Counted from the first letter of the stretch, positions 11,991 to 23,601 are shown. The stretch is DNA of 64,000 bases from Octopus vulgaris (GCA_951406725.2 CATOCA020000001.1:6448001-6512000); one strand, 5' to 3'. Program-made: numbers and translations. Notes: generated by a model from the letters alone, not told the origin.

Positions 11991-12774
11991 CTTCTATGGT
12001 TTGTGCGGAGCGGGCTTTTTCTTCTAGTCTTAATAAGGAACCTACCTTTTCTCTGAAAATGGTCCTTTCTAATATTTCTTTCCACACCACAGCTAACTCA
12101 GTCTTTGCTGGGTTAAGCAATCTACACTAAGGTTTATTCTCTAAGTTTACTTTATGGTCCTTCACCGTTGGAAAAGAGGGTCGTGCGTGCCAGATAGTCT
12201 ATCCTATCATCTATTTGTAGTTTTGTTGCAAACACTTTGGTTTCTAGATTAATAGATATATAAGCTCCATTTCTAGATTTCTTATAAATAAAGGAAGCCC
12301 TTTTATATATACAAACCCCTTGACTATGTATATTCTTTATTTTATCGTAGGAAACATGTAACTGATATGATTTGTGTCAATATATGAATTGTTCGTTCAT
12401 CTTACATTGGAAGCTATTTGGCATCTGATGAAACATGAATCTTTTTTAAGATATTTAAAACACATTCTTTCACTTTCCCAACATCCATTTGTTATTCAGT
12501 TGGTATCATATTCTGAAGTCACATTTCTTCATCTTTATATCACCCAGGCACTCCGCTTTCAAAACAATGAACACGCCAGCTCAATCGTCTTATAAAGCAT
12601 TCCGTTTTTTGCCAACGTACATTTCACGTAATAATTCGTCTTGAAATTGGAAGGTCCTTGGTCGAGAAATCGAATTGATGTTTATTCCTGATCAGACCGA
12701 TTATATTGATCCGTCTTTGTTAAGTGCAAAGCAGCAACTAAAGAAAGCTGAACATTTCATATATTATATTATTC

Positions 12775-12954
12775 GTTTACTCTTTTACTTGTTTCAGTCA
12801 TTTGACTGCGGCCATGCTGGAACACCACCTTAAAGTGTGTTAGTCGAAGGAATCGACCCCAGGACTTATTCTTTGTAAGCGTAGTGCTTACTCTATCGTT
12901 TGTTTTACCGAACTGCTAAGTTAGTTACAGTGACTAAAACGCACCAACTTCGGT
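12775..12954 (-). mobile_element. SINE family A, 3' half
   Basis: tactcttttacttgtttcagtcatttgactgcggccatgctgg...gcaccaacttcggtt; stops abruptly. Confidence 0.85.
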
Positions 12955-13199
12955 TTTTATAAATGTTCTCTTTTATAAACATTCTCTTTATAAATGTTCT
13001 GAAATCTTTCATAGCCTTGGATTTTTTTTTATCTCATTCTGTGATCTTTTTTATATATACACATGCTGATATATGACCTACGTTGGAACCTCATTCCTAT
13101 AATCATCGAACCTGGAGCTTCACTATAGTCTGTCCATACCATTTACTCAGCATTACCTGACACCTTTGGGTCTTCTTGACACCATTACCTCTCATAACC

Positions 13200-13240
<41 letters not shown>

Positions 13241-13415
13241 CCACTTATGTATATCAGGTTCGAAAGAAAGACCTTCATTTGAATTTCAAGATGACAAAGA
13301 AACAGTGCCTGAAATAAATAGCAGCATTAATCAGCAGCAGCGCTACCGCCGCATAGAATGCCTGCTGCCTATGACGTAATAGCCTGCAACATCCTAGCAG
13401 TCGTCAGTCAGCATT

Positions 13416-14162
13416 ATGCTGTACAGGAGACGCCCACGCATTATAGGCAGGCGAAAGAGTTTTTTAGGAAGAGGAATGTATTACGTAATCGGAGACGTTA
13501 TCGACGCCGTCGGCAGTATCGTCGTCGCCGTAATGGAAGATACACTATTTATCCTCTACCCCCCCCCCCGTGTTAGACAATCATCAGTTCAATCTTTTTT
13601 TAAAGTGGAACAACTAAAAATTAAAGATGAAAAAACTCCTATGACAATATCATGTACATGGGCACAAATGAATGATTCAATTGAGAATGTAAAAGCTAAC
13701 ATATGGAGAACGCTATTCGATCAGTGGCAGGTTCTACGTTTCCGATATGTATTTGAAGTATATAAAAAACAAAAAGCTGGTGCAATTATCCCAAGACTAT
13801 ATTACACTTACGATCGAGATATTCAAGGCAAACATATAGATGACTCAGAAATATTTAACATCCTAAATATTAAGATATTAAGAGAAGACAGAAGAGTTAA
13901 AGTTTCCTATCGTCCAAGATGGACTTGGATTACACACGATAAAAGTTATGATGAAGGTGACCCTAACCAATATCCTAATACGATCATTAGAGGTTCACAA
14001 CGATGGGATATGGCACAAGCTCCTTTCGGTGAAAATCCAAACAAAGCATTTCCTCAACATAGTTATAACGGTATGGCTATGGTTCTTCATGCTCAGCCTA
14101 ACTCCAGTATACTTCTACGTAAATTTATTGGTCGAAGAGATACCCAAATTTACAAAAATTGA
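13416..14162 (+). pseudogene. Endogenous CRESS-DNA (circovirus-like) capsid protein gene; Arg-rich arm partly in an alternative frame
   Basis: MLYRRRPRIIGRRK plus overlapping-frame RNRRRYRRRRQYRRRRNGR; LFDQWQVLRFRYVF resembles the circoviral capsid FxxYRIxKVKVxF strand; VSYRPRW and HSYNGMAM resemble RYFTPKP and HxGL; ~250 aa, intronless, AATAAA at 14336-14341. Confidence 0.75.
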
Positions 14163-14371
14163 CTAGTCTCATCGAGATGGGAAGACAATTATGGTTCAGT
14201 TGGAGAAATTGAATGTGAAGAAGAAAGAGATCCTGAGAGGAAAAGAGACTGAATATTATTTCAACTTACCGTTTACACGTGAAGAATGAACTAGAAACAA
14301 TTTTCTCGCTGTAACCGATCTTCAGTTTTAAATTTAATAAAGCAAGCGCATGCGAATTTTGGGTTAGAAAG

Positions 14372-14541
14372 ATAGACACACATAGATATGTAGATGTATA
14401 CGATGGTCTTCGCCCCGTTTCCATCTAGCAAATCCACTTACAAGACTTTGGCCCGAGGCTAGAGTAGTAGACACTTGCCGAACATGCCACGCAGTGGGAC
14501 TGAACTCGGAACCATGTGGTTGGAAAGCCACACCTGCGCCT
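14372..14541 (-). mobile_element. SINE family A, 5' half
   Basis: agacacaca..aaatccactt acaag..cccgaggcta..gacacttgcc..gccacgcagtgggactgaac..cctgcgcc. Confidence 0.85.
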
Positions 14542-14849
14542 ATAAATCATCTGTTTGGAAGCTAGTTTGTGAGGGAAAGCCTCTTGCTTTGTTAATCATC
14601 GTTTGTAATCATACAAATGTCTTACAAATTTTATAGTTCCGGATAATGGGTCTGAAAGAAAGATTTACATTCTCTCTTTAAGATTTCCAGTTCAGCCAAA
14701 ATTCACTCCAGACTGGTCGGTACACATCCTCTTGCTCCAATAATACAAAGCTGAAAGTGTAACTTGGGGACTGGATTTGCAAACACCTTATCAATGTTTC
14801 ATGAATGTCCGCTTTCTTTTCTATTTTTTATACGCATAATGATGTCGTT

Positions 14850-15535
14850 TATGTATGTATGTATGTATGTATGTATGTGTGTATGTATGTGTGTGTGTAT
14901 GTATGTATGTATGTATGTACGTATGTGTGTATGTATGTGTGTGTATGCATGCATGTATGTATGTGTGTATGTATGTATGTATGTATGTATGTATGTATGT
15001 ATGTATGTATGTATGTATGTATGTATGTATGTATGTATGTATGTATGTATGTATGTATGTATGTATGTATGTATGTATGTATGTATGTATGTATGTAGGT
15101 ATGTATGTATGTATGTGTGTATGTATGTGTGTATGTATGTATGTGTGTATGTATGTGTGTGTATGTATGTATGTGTGTATGTGTGTATGTATGTATGTAT
15201 GTGTGTGTATGTATGTATGTATTTATGTATGTATGTGTGTATGTATGTGTGTATGTGTGTGTGTATGTATGTATGTGTGTATGTATGTGTGTATGTGTGT
15301 ATGTATGTGTGTGTGTGTGTATGTGTGTGTATGTATGTATGTATGTATGTGTATGTATGTATGTATGTATGTGTGTGTGTGTATGTATGTATGTGTGTAT
15401 GTATGTATGTATGTATGTGTGTATGTATGTGTATGTATGTATGTGTGTGTGTATGTATGCGTGTATGTATGTATGTATGTGTGTGTATGTATGTGTGTAT
15501 GTATGTATGTATGTATGCAATTATGTATGTATGCA
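14850..15535. repeat. (TATG)n/(TG)n compound microsatellite
   Basis: Direct observation. Confidence 0.98.
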
Positions 15536-15544
15536 TATTTCGAG

Positions 15545-16015
15545 TGCTACTGGTAACATGTAATCCAGTACAACCTGTTGTATGGTCGGGTCGTCAGCGA
15601 CTAAACCGGCAACCCCACCAAGCTCGCTTGGTGAGGAGGGTGTTTATTGGACACCCTGCAGGATGATAAACAAAACCCGTCAAAGGGCGGAGGAACTCTT
15701 GTGAGTCAACGGCCATCCGATAAATGTCTTAAGGCTGTATCATGCGTGGGGACATAGAAATAATCGGATTGAATACCCGATTGCGCAGTTAAACCATTGG
15801 GAGTGAAGGACTTCTAGCCATTGTTAGGGTATCCTTCTAGGAGAAGGTAATTCAGGTAACTGGGATAACTCCCACATAAAACCTGCGACACAGTGGTTAC
15901 CGATGATGTTGACTTGTTCTTCTTTTCGGATTATGGCTGCTGTTGCTTAGTGAGTGGGATTGACTCAGTGCACAGCCTTTCCTCACTTTAAAAAAAAATC
16001 TTCTTGCACAGGCAG
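15545..16015 (+). mobile_element. GC-richer non-coding block, possibly a LINE 5' UTR
   Basis: Abuts the RTE coding fragment; composition differs from flanks; no ORF. Assignment is inference only. Confidence 0.3.
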
Positions 16016-16029
16016 TGTACGATAACAAC

Positions 16030-17678
16030 ATTTATTAAGGTGAGGGTTGGCATCGAGTACAGTGAAGAATTCCGGGTAGAGGTTGGGGTCCACCAAGGTT
16101 CAGTCCTCAGTCCCCTCCTATTTATCATAGTCCTCCAGGCAATAACGGAGGAATTCAAGACAAGATGCCCCTGGGAGCTCCTCTATGCTGATGACCTTGC
16201 TGTAATTGCTGAGTCTCTATCAGAACTGGAGGGGAAGTTTCAGGTGTGGAAGCAAGGTTTAGAATCAAAGGGCCTTAGAATCAATCTAGCCAAAACCAAA
16301 GTCTTAATAAGTTGGAAGGTAGACAAATCACAAACGCCTTCAGCTAGATGGCCCTGCTCGATCTGTAAAAAAGGCGTAGGTAGAAACTCTATAAGATGCA
16401 TCAAGTGTAAGCTATGGACACATAAGAGATGTAGTAATGTCAAAGGAAGACTAACTAGGAAAATAGTTTTTATCTGTGGCAGATGCTCAGGAGCAATAAA
16501 CACTGAAAATGCACAGAGACCAACTTCCGCCACATTCCAGGGAGAAAGACTAGAAGTTGTTGATATCTTCCGTTACCTAGGTGACCAAGTCAGTAGCGGG
16601 GCGGGTGTGCTGAAAGTGTAACTGCTAGAGTAAGAATAGCCTGGGCAAAGTTCAGAGAGCTCTTACATCTGCTGGTGACAAAAGGCCTCTCGCTCAGAGT
16701 AAAAGGCAGACTGTATGATGCATGTGTACGTACAGCCATGCTACATGGTAGTGAAACATGAGCTGTGACTGCTGAGGATATGTGTAAGCTCGCAAGAAAT
16801 GAAGCCAGTATGCTCCAATGGATGTGTAATGTCAGTGTTCATACTCGACAGAGTGTAAGTACCTTGAGAGAAAAGTTGGACCTAAGCAGCATCAGTTGTG
16901 GTGTGCAAGAGAGACATTTGCACTGGTATGGTCATGTGGCAAGAATGGATGAAGATAGTTGTGTGAAAAAGTGCCACACCCTAGCGGTTGAGGGAACCTG
17001 TGGAAGAGGTAGACCCAGGAAAACCTGGGATGAGGTGGTGAAGCACAACCTTCGAACATTAGGTCTCACCGAGGAAATGACTAGAGACCGAGACCTATGG
17101 AAGTATGCTGTGCATGAGAAGACCCGGCAGGACAAGTGAGACCATAACCCGTGGCCTCTACCTGGGATGTTGCCAGTCCACTTGTGCATGCCTTTCCTTC
17201 TTGGGACACAAAACTCTACTTGTGAGGACCTGTTGAGGCAAGTGAAAATCAAAATCAATCAACATAAATGGAAATTGTAGTTGTGATACCAGTGCCAGTG
17301 GCATGTAAGAGAACCATCTGAACGTGGCTGTTGCCAGCGCCCCCCCCCCCCCGACTAGCCTCCATGCCGGTGGCATGTAAAATGCACCATCCGATTGGGG
17401 CCGTGGCCAGCCTCTTCTAGCCCCTGTGCCGGTGGCAAGTAAAAAGCACCATCTGTTCGTGGCCGTTTGCCAGCCTCATCTGGCACCTGTGCTGGTGGCA
17501 CGTAAAAAGAACACACTACACTCATGGAGTGGTTGGCGTTAGGAAGGGCATCCAGCTGTAGAAACAATGCCAGATCAGACTGAGTCTGGTGCAGCCTTCT
17601 GGCTTCCCAAACCCCAGTTGAACCGTCCAGCCCATGCTAGCATGGAAAGCGGACGTTAAACGATGATGATGATGATGA
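16030..17678 (+). mobile_element. RTE-clade LINE, 5'-truncated: RT C-half, PHD-like finger, long 3' UTR and (GAT)n tail
   Basis: GVHQGSVLSPLLF, LLYADD, FRYLG, frameshift near 16600, [16 protein letters not shown]; stop at 17139; tail ggacgttaaac(gat)n. Confidence 0.92.
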
Positions 17679-17739
17679 TATATATATATATATATATATA
17701 CATATATACATATGTATATACATATATACATATACATAT

Positions 17740-18055
17740 ATGTACACTACAACATAATTTCTTTTCCTCAACAGGCCCTGCCCTATTTAACATTGTCCCG
17801 AAAGAGATCAAAGAAGAACAGGATCCCATCAACTTTAAACGGAGTCTGGATAGATTCCTTCAAGGAATACCAGATAAGCCACCCATAATTGGATACAACT
17901 CACCCAACAAAAACTCACTACTTGAATGGACCATAAACAAAACTTGACGTAAACAGGATTCAAATAATCCTATCAGGTGGTGCTATTAAGTTAGACATGG
18001 CCTGGACCAACCATTGGTCGAAACACATCTAAGTTTATCAAAGTTTATCTAAGTT

Positions 18056-18058
<3 letters not shown>
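17740..18058 (+). mobile_element. 3' end of a second CR1-like LINE family
   Basis: GPALFNIVPKEIK..FKRSLDRFLQGIPDKP..NSLLEW parallels GPQLFNILPKCLR..FKTKLDLFLLGVPDEP..NSLVD of the 8.5-kb LINE; tail (aagtttatc[ta])n. Confidence 0.85.
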
Positions 18059-18090
<32 letters not shown>

Positions 18091-18154
18091 ATATATATAT
18101 ATGTATATATATACACATATATATATATACATATACATACATACATATACATAC

Positions 18155-18185
<31 letters not shown>

Positions 18186-18266
18186 TATATATACATACAT
18201 ACATACATATACATACATATATATATATATATACACACACACACATATATATATACATACATACAT

Positions 18267-18313
<47 letters not shown>

Positions 18314-18322
18314 ATACATATA

Positions 18323-18367
<45 letters not shown>

Positions 18368-18779
18368 GTCATCATCGACTTAGGTCCACAATTGGTTCCA
18401 ACTGACTGGTCATAAGTCAATTTGGTTGTAAGTATAGGCCCATACATAGCTTTGTTTCATAGTTTTACATTCTTAAGGTACATTCTAGGTAAAAGCAACA
18501 CACAGCATTCTGTATTATACTATTATACTCGCATTAGTAAAACATTTCGAAGGTTGCCTTACGAGGTTGCCTTGATGTTCTGCAACAGGATATTCATCCA
18601 ACACTTGCGATAACCACAGTGGCAACTGATAACCAAACCTAGCGTTTGTTAGCTGACATCATATGTAGATGGGTTGATTTCAACTGGACTATTTATTATT
18701 GCTGCCAGGAGCTGGCATGCCAATCATCGTAAAGTCAATCGGTGTAAGTAGTAGAGGTCATAAGCTGACATGATAGATC

Positions 18780-18950
18780 TAGCCACTACACATTCTATAT
18801 TTTCCCTCCTTGTTTCTTTCTGTTTTCCTTTCTGTGGAAGAGCGTAGGCTTGAACCGTTAAAGACTTTTTCACTTCCCAAGAGTTATACGAATACATTTG
18901 TTTGTTGTCTACACCACCAGTCTTCGTCTTTTGTTTTTTGTGAACTCTCC

Positions 18951-18952
<2 letters not shown>
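18780..18952. mobile_element. Short non-coding repeat, paralogue of 11426-11597, abutting (TA)n
   Basis: Reverse-complement similarity to 11426-11597. Confidence 0.55.
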
Positions 18953-18998
<46 letters not shown>

Positions 18999-19000
<2 letters not shown>

Positions 19001-19314
19001 AGATGTACTCGCATAGCAAGTAATTTGATCTGAGATCGTGTGCTGAAACGAAAACAATTGCAGCGTGGAAGGTGTTTATAAGCCATTTAAGAAACACACA
19101 AAAGCCGTTCGATTCACTTCAACATTTAAGTTTAATTTGTCAAAATATTTTCGTCACTAAAATCCAGATGCAGCACGGATTTTTGTCAGTGAACAGGTCG
19201 CGGATTTTAGCGACGAAAATATTTTAACAAATTAAACTTAAATGTTGAAGTGAATCGAACGGCTTTTGTGTGTTTCTTAAATGGCTTATAAACACCTTCC
19301 ACGCTGCAATTGTT
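18999..19314. repeat. Long palindrome between (TA)n tracts; ~115-bp arms 19052-19166 and 19202-19314
   Basis: aacaattgcagcgtggaaggtg...ttttcgtcactaaaatcc / ggattttagcgacgaaaa...caccttccacgctgcaattgtt. Confidence 0.9.
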
Positions 19315-19330
19315 ATATATATATATATAT

Positions 19331-19703
19331 AATATTAATTAAGGGTAGAAATTGATATTTATCAATTAAGACCAGTGGTCTAGCATATTAAAAAAGAATC
19401 CGAAGATTAAAATATTTATATATACCAATTAAGGACTGAACACGAAAAGTGGACAGTCAACATGCTAGATATAGACGTCAAAATAACGGACCATGCTGAT
19501 GATGGCTGCAGTTTTCCTTGCGGAAAATAACAGCTGAAACTAAGTTAGTACATGGGTAATTATTTTATTTCGTATATTTTTCACTTGTTTATTGCTATGG
19601 TTTTGTGTTGAGTTTGATCTGAGAACATAATCTTTTGTGGTGAATGGCGATTTGACGTCTATATCTAGCATGTTGACTGTCCACTTTTCGTGTTCAGTCC
19701 TTA

Positions 19704-19707
<4 letters not shown>
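19331..19707. mobile_element. Penelope/retrozyme-like non-coding element with ~57-bp inverted repeats (19427-19483 / 19650-19707) in (TA)n
   Basis: Inverted arms caattaaggactgaacacg...gacgtcaaa; shares aagggta.aaatt..atcaatt..acca motif with the 45- and 60-kb elements; contains a hammerhead fold. Confidence 0.7.
19491..19555 (+). ncRNA. Type I hammerhead ribozyme motif
   Basis: Stem I CCATG/CATGG; core CTGATGA (19496-19502) plus one extra T; stem II GGCTG/CAGCT with inner TTTTCC/GGAAAA; GAAA; stem III ACTAA-G-TTAGT; predicted cleavage after GTA (19550). Confidence 0.75.
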
Positions 19708-19781
<74 letters not shown>

Positions 19782-20064
19782 TGTATGTATGTATGTATGT
19801 ATGCTAGTATTGCGTCTAGTACAGTGGATCTGTGTATTGCACCTATACTGTAATACTGTGGTATTGCAGCCAATCACTACAACACTACAGCATGATGACT
19901 ACTTCATCGAATTTTCCACTGCCAGCACCATCAAGCAAACTGTATTGCAATATTGACCACTATACCAATAAACTATATCATCACTACCACTTCTACTACT
20001 ACCACTACTAATATACTAATATTACCACCGCAGCATCTTAACTCAGTAATGTAAACATAGCATC

Positions 20065-20099
<35 letters not shown>

Positions 20100-21367
20100 T
20101 CTCTCTCTCTTTATTTCCCCCCCTCTATCTTTTTCACTCTCTTTAATGACATCATCCTCCATTACCAATAAATGAATATATAAAATTCTTACATCTTTCC
20201 CCAAGAACAAAATGTTCCATCAACTGATAAAGCTGTGTGGAAACAGAAAACTTGCAGAATGGCGCTAGGAAACAATAATTACAGCATCCCAGTCCTGAGT
20301 TGCCAAGGCAACTTAGAACATGAGACAAAAATACAATTATCCAGTAGTAAAAATTACTAGATGTTGCTTTATGACAAATCAATGAATATTAGCTGCATTA
20401 TGTAATGTCTGTTTTATTATAATCAACACAATATAAATACATACACATACATATAAATAGATATATATAATTTTTGTGTGTACACATATATATATATATA
20501 TGATGTATACACACATATTTGTATGTATATGTATATATACATACACACATGCACATGTGTGTGTGTATGTGGTAGTTTACATTAGTGTGTTTGTGAAGCT
20601 GTATCTACAGGCCTACTATTGCAGTTATTGCTGATTATAAAAGTATTAATCTTAGTCATGTGAATTTATGAGTATAAACTTCACTATAAAACTTTGCTTG
20701 CAAAAGCCATCTAAGTTACATCATGAAACTAGGAAATGTCGTGCTGGTAAGAAATTATGTAAATTACGCCAGAGGATAGAGCAGGTCTTTTTATATATGA
20801 GTGAAATTTATTGTAATTGATTTAAGAACTAAGTAAGCTATGCCATAAGGTTAGTTTTGAAATTGTGCATTGGTGCAAAATCAATGCCCTCCCAATACGT
20901 AAACATAATTATATACAATTATTTTGTATCAATGAAGCTTACAAACTTCATTCATTTTGTGAACTCAAAGTAGAACTACATTTTCTTTTCTTTTTTCAAA
21001 TACTTTGTTAATGACACCAATCTCAAGCTTCCACTTCGAACCTTCTGAGAAGGAATCTATAAAAAGGTTACACTTTATTATCTCACTTTTCAGTTGGAAA
21101 TTTAACTATGCAGGTCTTTAATTCTTTTTTTTTTTTTGCTTTTCATCTTTTAGTGTGGAAAGAATGCAGTACCCACGTTCGTCTAGATACCGTCCAATTA
21201 GTGGTGGGAGGAAGAAGGTATTTTCAACCAAAGATATGAGATGTTTTGGCACAGCTGTTTTGGTACTGCCCATATTACATCACTAATTCAATACTGGCTT
21301 AGTTGACATCAGACCTTTCAATGTCCCCCATTCTGTCTCTCTCTTTGTGTGTGTGTGTGTATATATA

Positions 21368-21750
21368 TACTCTTTGACTCTTTTACTTGTTTCAGTCATT
21401 TGACTGCGGCCATGCTGGAGCACCGCCTTTAGTCGAGCAAATCGATCCCGGGACTTATTCTATTGGTCTCTTTTGCCGAACCGCTAGGTGACGGGGACGT
21501 AAACACACCAGCATCGGTTGTCAAGCAATGCTAGGGGGACAGACACAGATACACAAACACACACACACATATATATATACATATATACGACAGGCTTCTT
21601 TCAGTTTCCATCTACCAAATCCACTCACAAGGCATTGGTCAGCCTGGGGCTATAGCAGAAGACACTTGCCCAAGATGCCACGCAGTGGGACTGAACCCGG
21701 AACCGTGTGGTTGGTTAGCAAGCTACTTACCACACAGCCACTCCTGCGCC
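21368..21750 (-). mobile_element. SINE family A, full length
   Basis: Highly similar to 6563-6958. Confidence 0.92.
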
Positions 21751-22486
21751 TATATATATATATGTATACCTATACATACATATCATCACATACACACATG
21801 CACACGTGTGTATTCAGAACGGTAAAGACAATTTATGTTTGTAATGTGAAACAAAAACAAAATTAAACCAATCACTACTATTTATCACCGACATCTCATT
21901 CCTTCATGCCCCCCCCCAACCCTGCCAGCCAACCCTTCATTCACACTCAATGTCTGCAAATATATGGACAAATTTATTTTGGTGAGCTGAAAGACATCAC
22001 CCTCTCTGAATTAAGCAGCTATCTCACAGATTGGGACCCATCTCCACTGAATTATTCTATAACAACTAGCTTAATTGTGGCTTTACAATCAAAGGAGATA
22101 TAATTCTAATTTTCTTTTTCCTTCCATATTTGCATCTATCTTTTCATCTTTTTCTTGAAACTTCTCTTGTACCAGCGTCCTGGTTTGCAAATTGAATAGA
22201 GCATGAGTTCAGAGCTTGCAGATTATTTGGAGATATTTAGCATGTTATAAAAACTTTCCTAGACCAGCCTCTCCAAGCAAAAAATTATTAGTAGCTCATA
22301 TCTATGTACTACTTACGTTAAATGATATTTAACAACACACACACACACACACACACATACATACACATATATAAATCAACACATATATAGAGACATATAT
22401 ATAAAACACACACAGACACACATATTCAAACACACACGCATGCACACACATATACACATGCACATACATGCATACACACAGATACT

Positions 22487-22517
<31 letters not shown>

Positions 22518-22736
22518 GCACACTCAATATGAGGCATGGGAAACCTTTTTCAAGAAGCAGGTCACATGAGACAAGGCTCATCATCAACCAAGCTACACAA
22601 CTATTGAGATTCAAAGTAAATCCTTATTAAGCATACCATTCAGAAAGTCCAGTGGGACACAGGGAGCCTGTGACTGCTCTATATAATGTATTAAGTTCAG
22701 GTCTCAAAAGAATAACAAAGGTTAAACTGGCATAAT

Positions 22737-23050
22737 ATCATCATCATCATCATCATTTAGGGTCTGCTTTCCATGCTGGCATGGATTGGATGGTTTGACT
22801 GAAACCGGTAAGTTGGAGAGCTGCACCAGGTTCCAACCTGTTTTGGCATGGTTTCCATGGCTGGATGCCCCCTTCTAACACCAACCACTCCAAGAGTGTA
22901 ATGGGTGCTTTTTACATGCCACCAGCATGAAGTGCCAATTACATGGCACTGACATTACCACAGCTATGATTTCACTTGAGCCTGATGAGTCTTCTCAAGC
23001 ACAGCATATCGACAATGATCTTGGTCATTTATCACCTATGTGAGGCCCAA
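22737..23050 (-). mobile_element. Diverged RTE 3' UTR fragment with (CAT)n tail
   Basis: (cat)n..gctttccatgctggcatgg..ggctggatgccc..accaaccactc..gggtgcttttta resembles the reverse of 17500-17678. Confidence 0.75.
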
Positions 23051-23319
23051 CGTTCCCAAGAATTCAAAGAGAAGTAATGGCTATGTGTATGATAAAGTGT
23101 TTGGCTGAATTGTTAAGCTATTTGGTTCATGATCACATCATATTTTTGTGTCTAACTACCAACCCTGCTGCTTCCATACCAAGGCGTCCAGGCTACCGAT
23201 GTCCAGAGATGAAATGTTTATTCAGGCGAAATGAATTATTATTATTATTTGTTCGGAGAGATCTTGTCCTCGCCTTTTCCTTCCATGAACTATGTATGGA
23301 CTTGTGAAGCACCCATCCA

Positions 23320-23601
23320 GTGCCAACTCATTTCCTACAAGTTCAATTCCCACCAGCTCATTGCGTCCTTCAACAAGACACTTTATTACATGTTGCACCA
23401 ATCAAAAGTGAGTTGTACCTGTAAGTAATTCAAAGGGCCAGCTGTGTCATGTTCTGTATCATGCTGAATCTCTCTGAGAACCATGTTGGGAGTATGCCCG
23501 TCTGTAGAATGCTCAGCCACTTGTACATTAATTTCACAAGCAGGCTGTTGTGTTGATTGGATCAATTGGAACCTATATCGTCATAACTGAAGAAGTGCCA
23601 G
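23320..23601 (+). mobile_element. Old degenerate SINE (third family)
   Basis: gttcaattccc B-box-like, caagacacttta, tail gattggatcaattggaacc..gtcataactga.g.agtgccag. Confidence 0.5.

Noticed and set aside
12050-12760. Unique sequence upstream of the capsid as a possible rep gene
   Set aside because: Frames inspected are interrupted by stops and show no Rep motifs; it lies outside the SINE-bounded insert
13105-13165. RTWSFT as CRESS Rep motif I and CAGCATTAC as origin nonanucleotide
   Set aside because: No motif II/III or Walker A nearby, a stop follows shortly, the nonamer mismatches NANTATTAC and has only a 4-bp stem; may be chance
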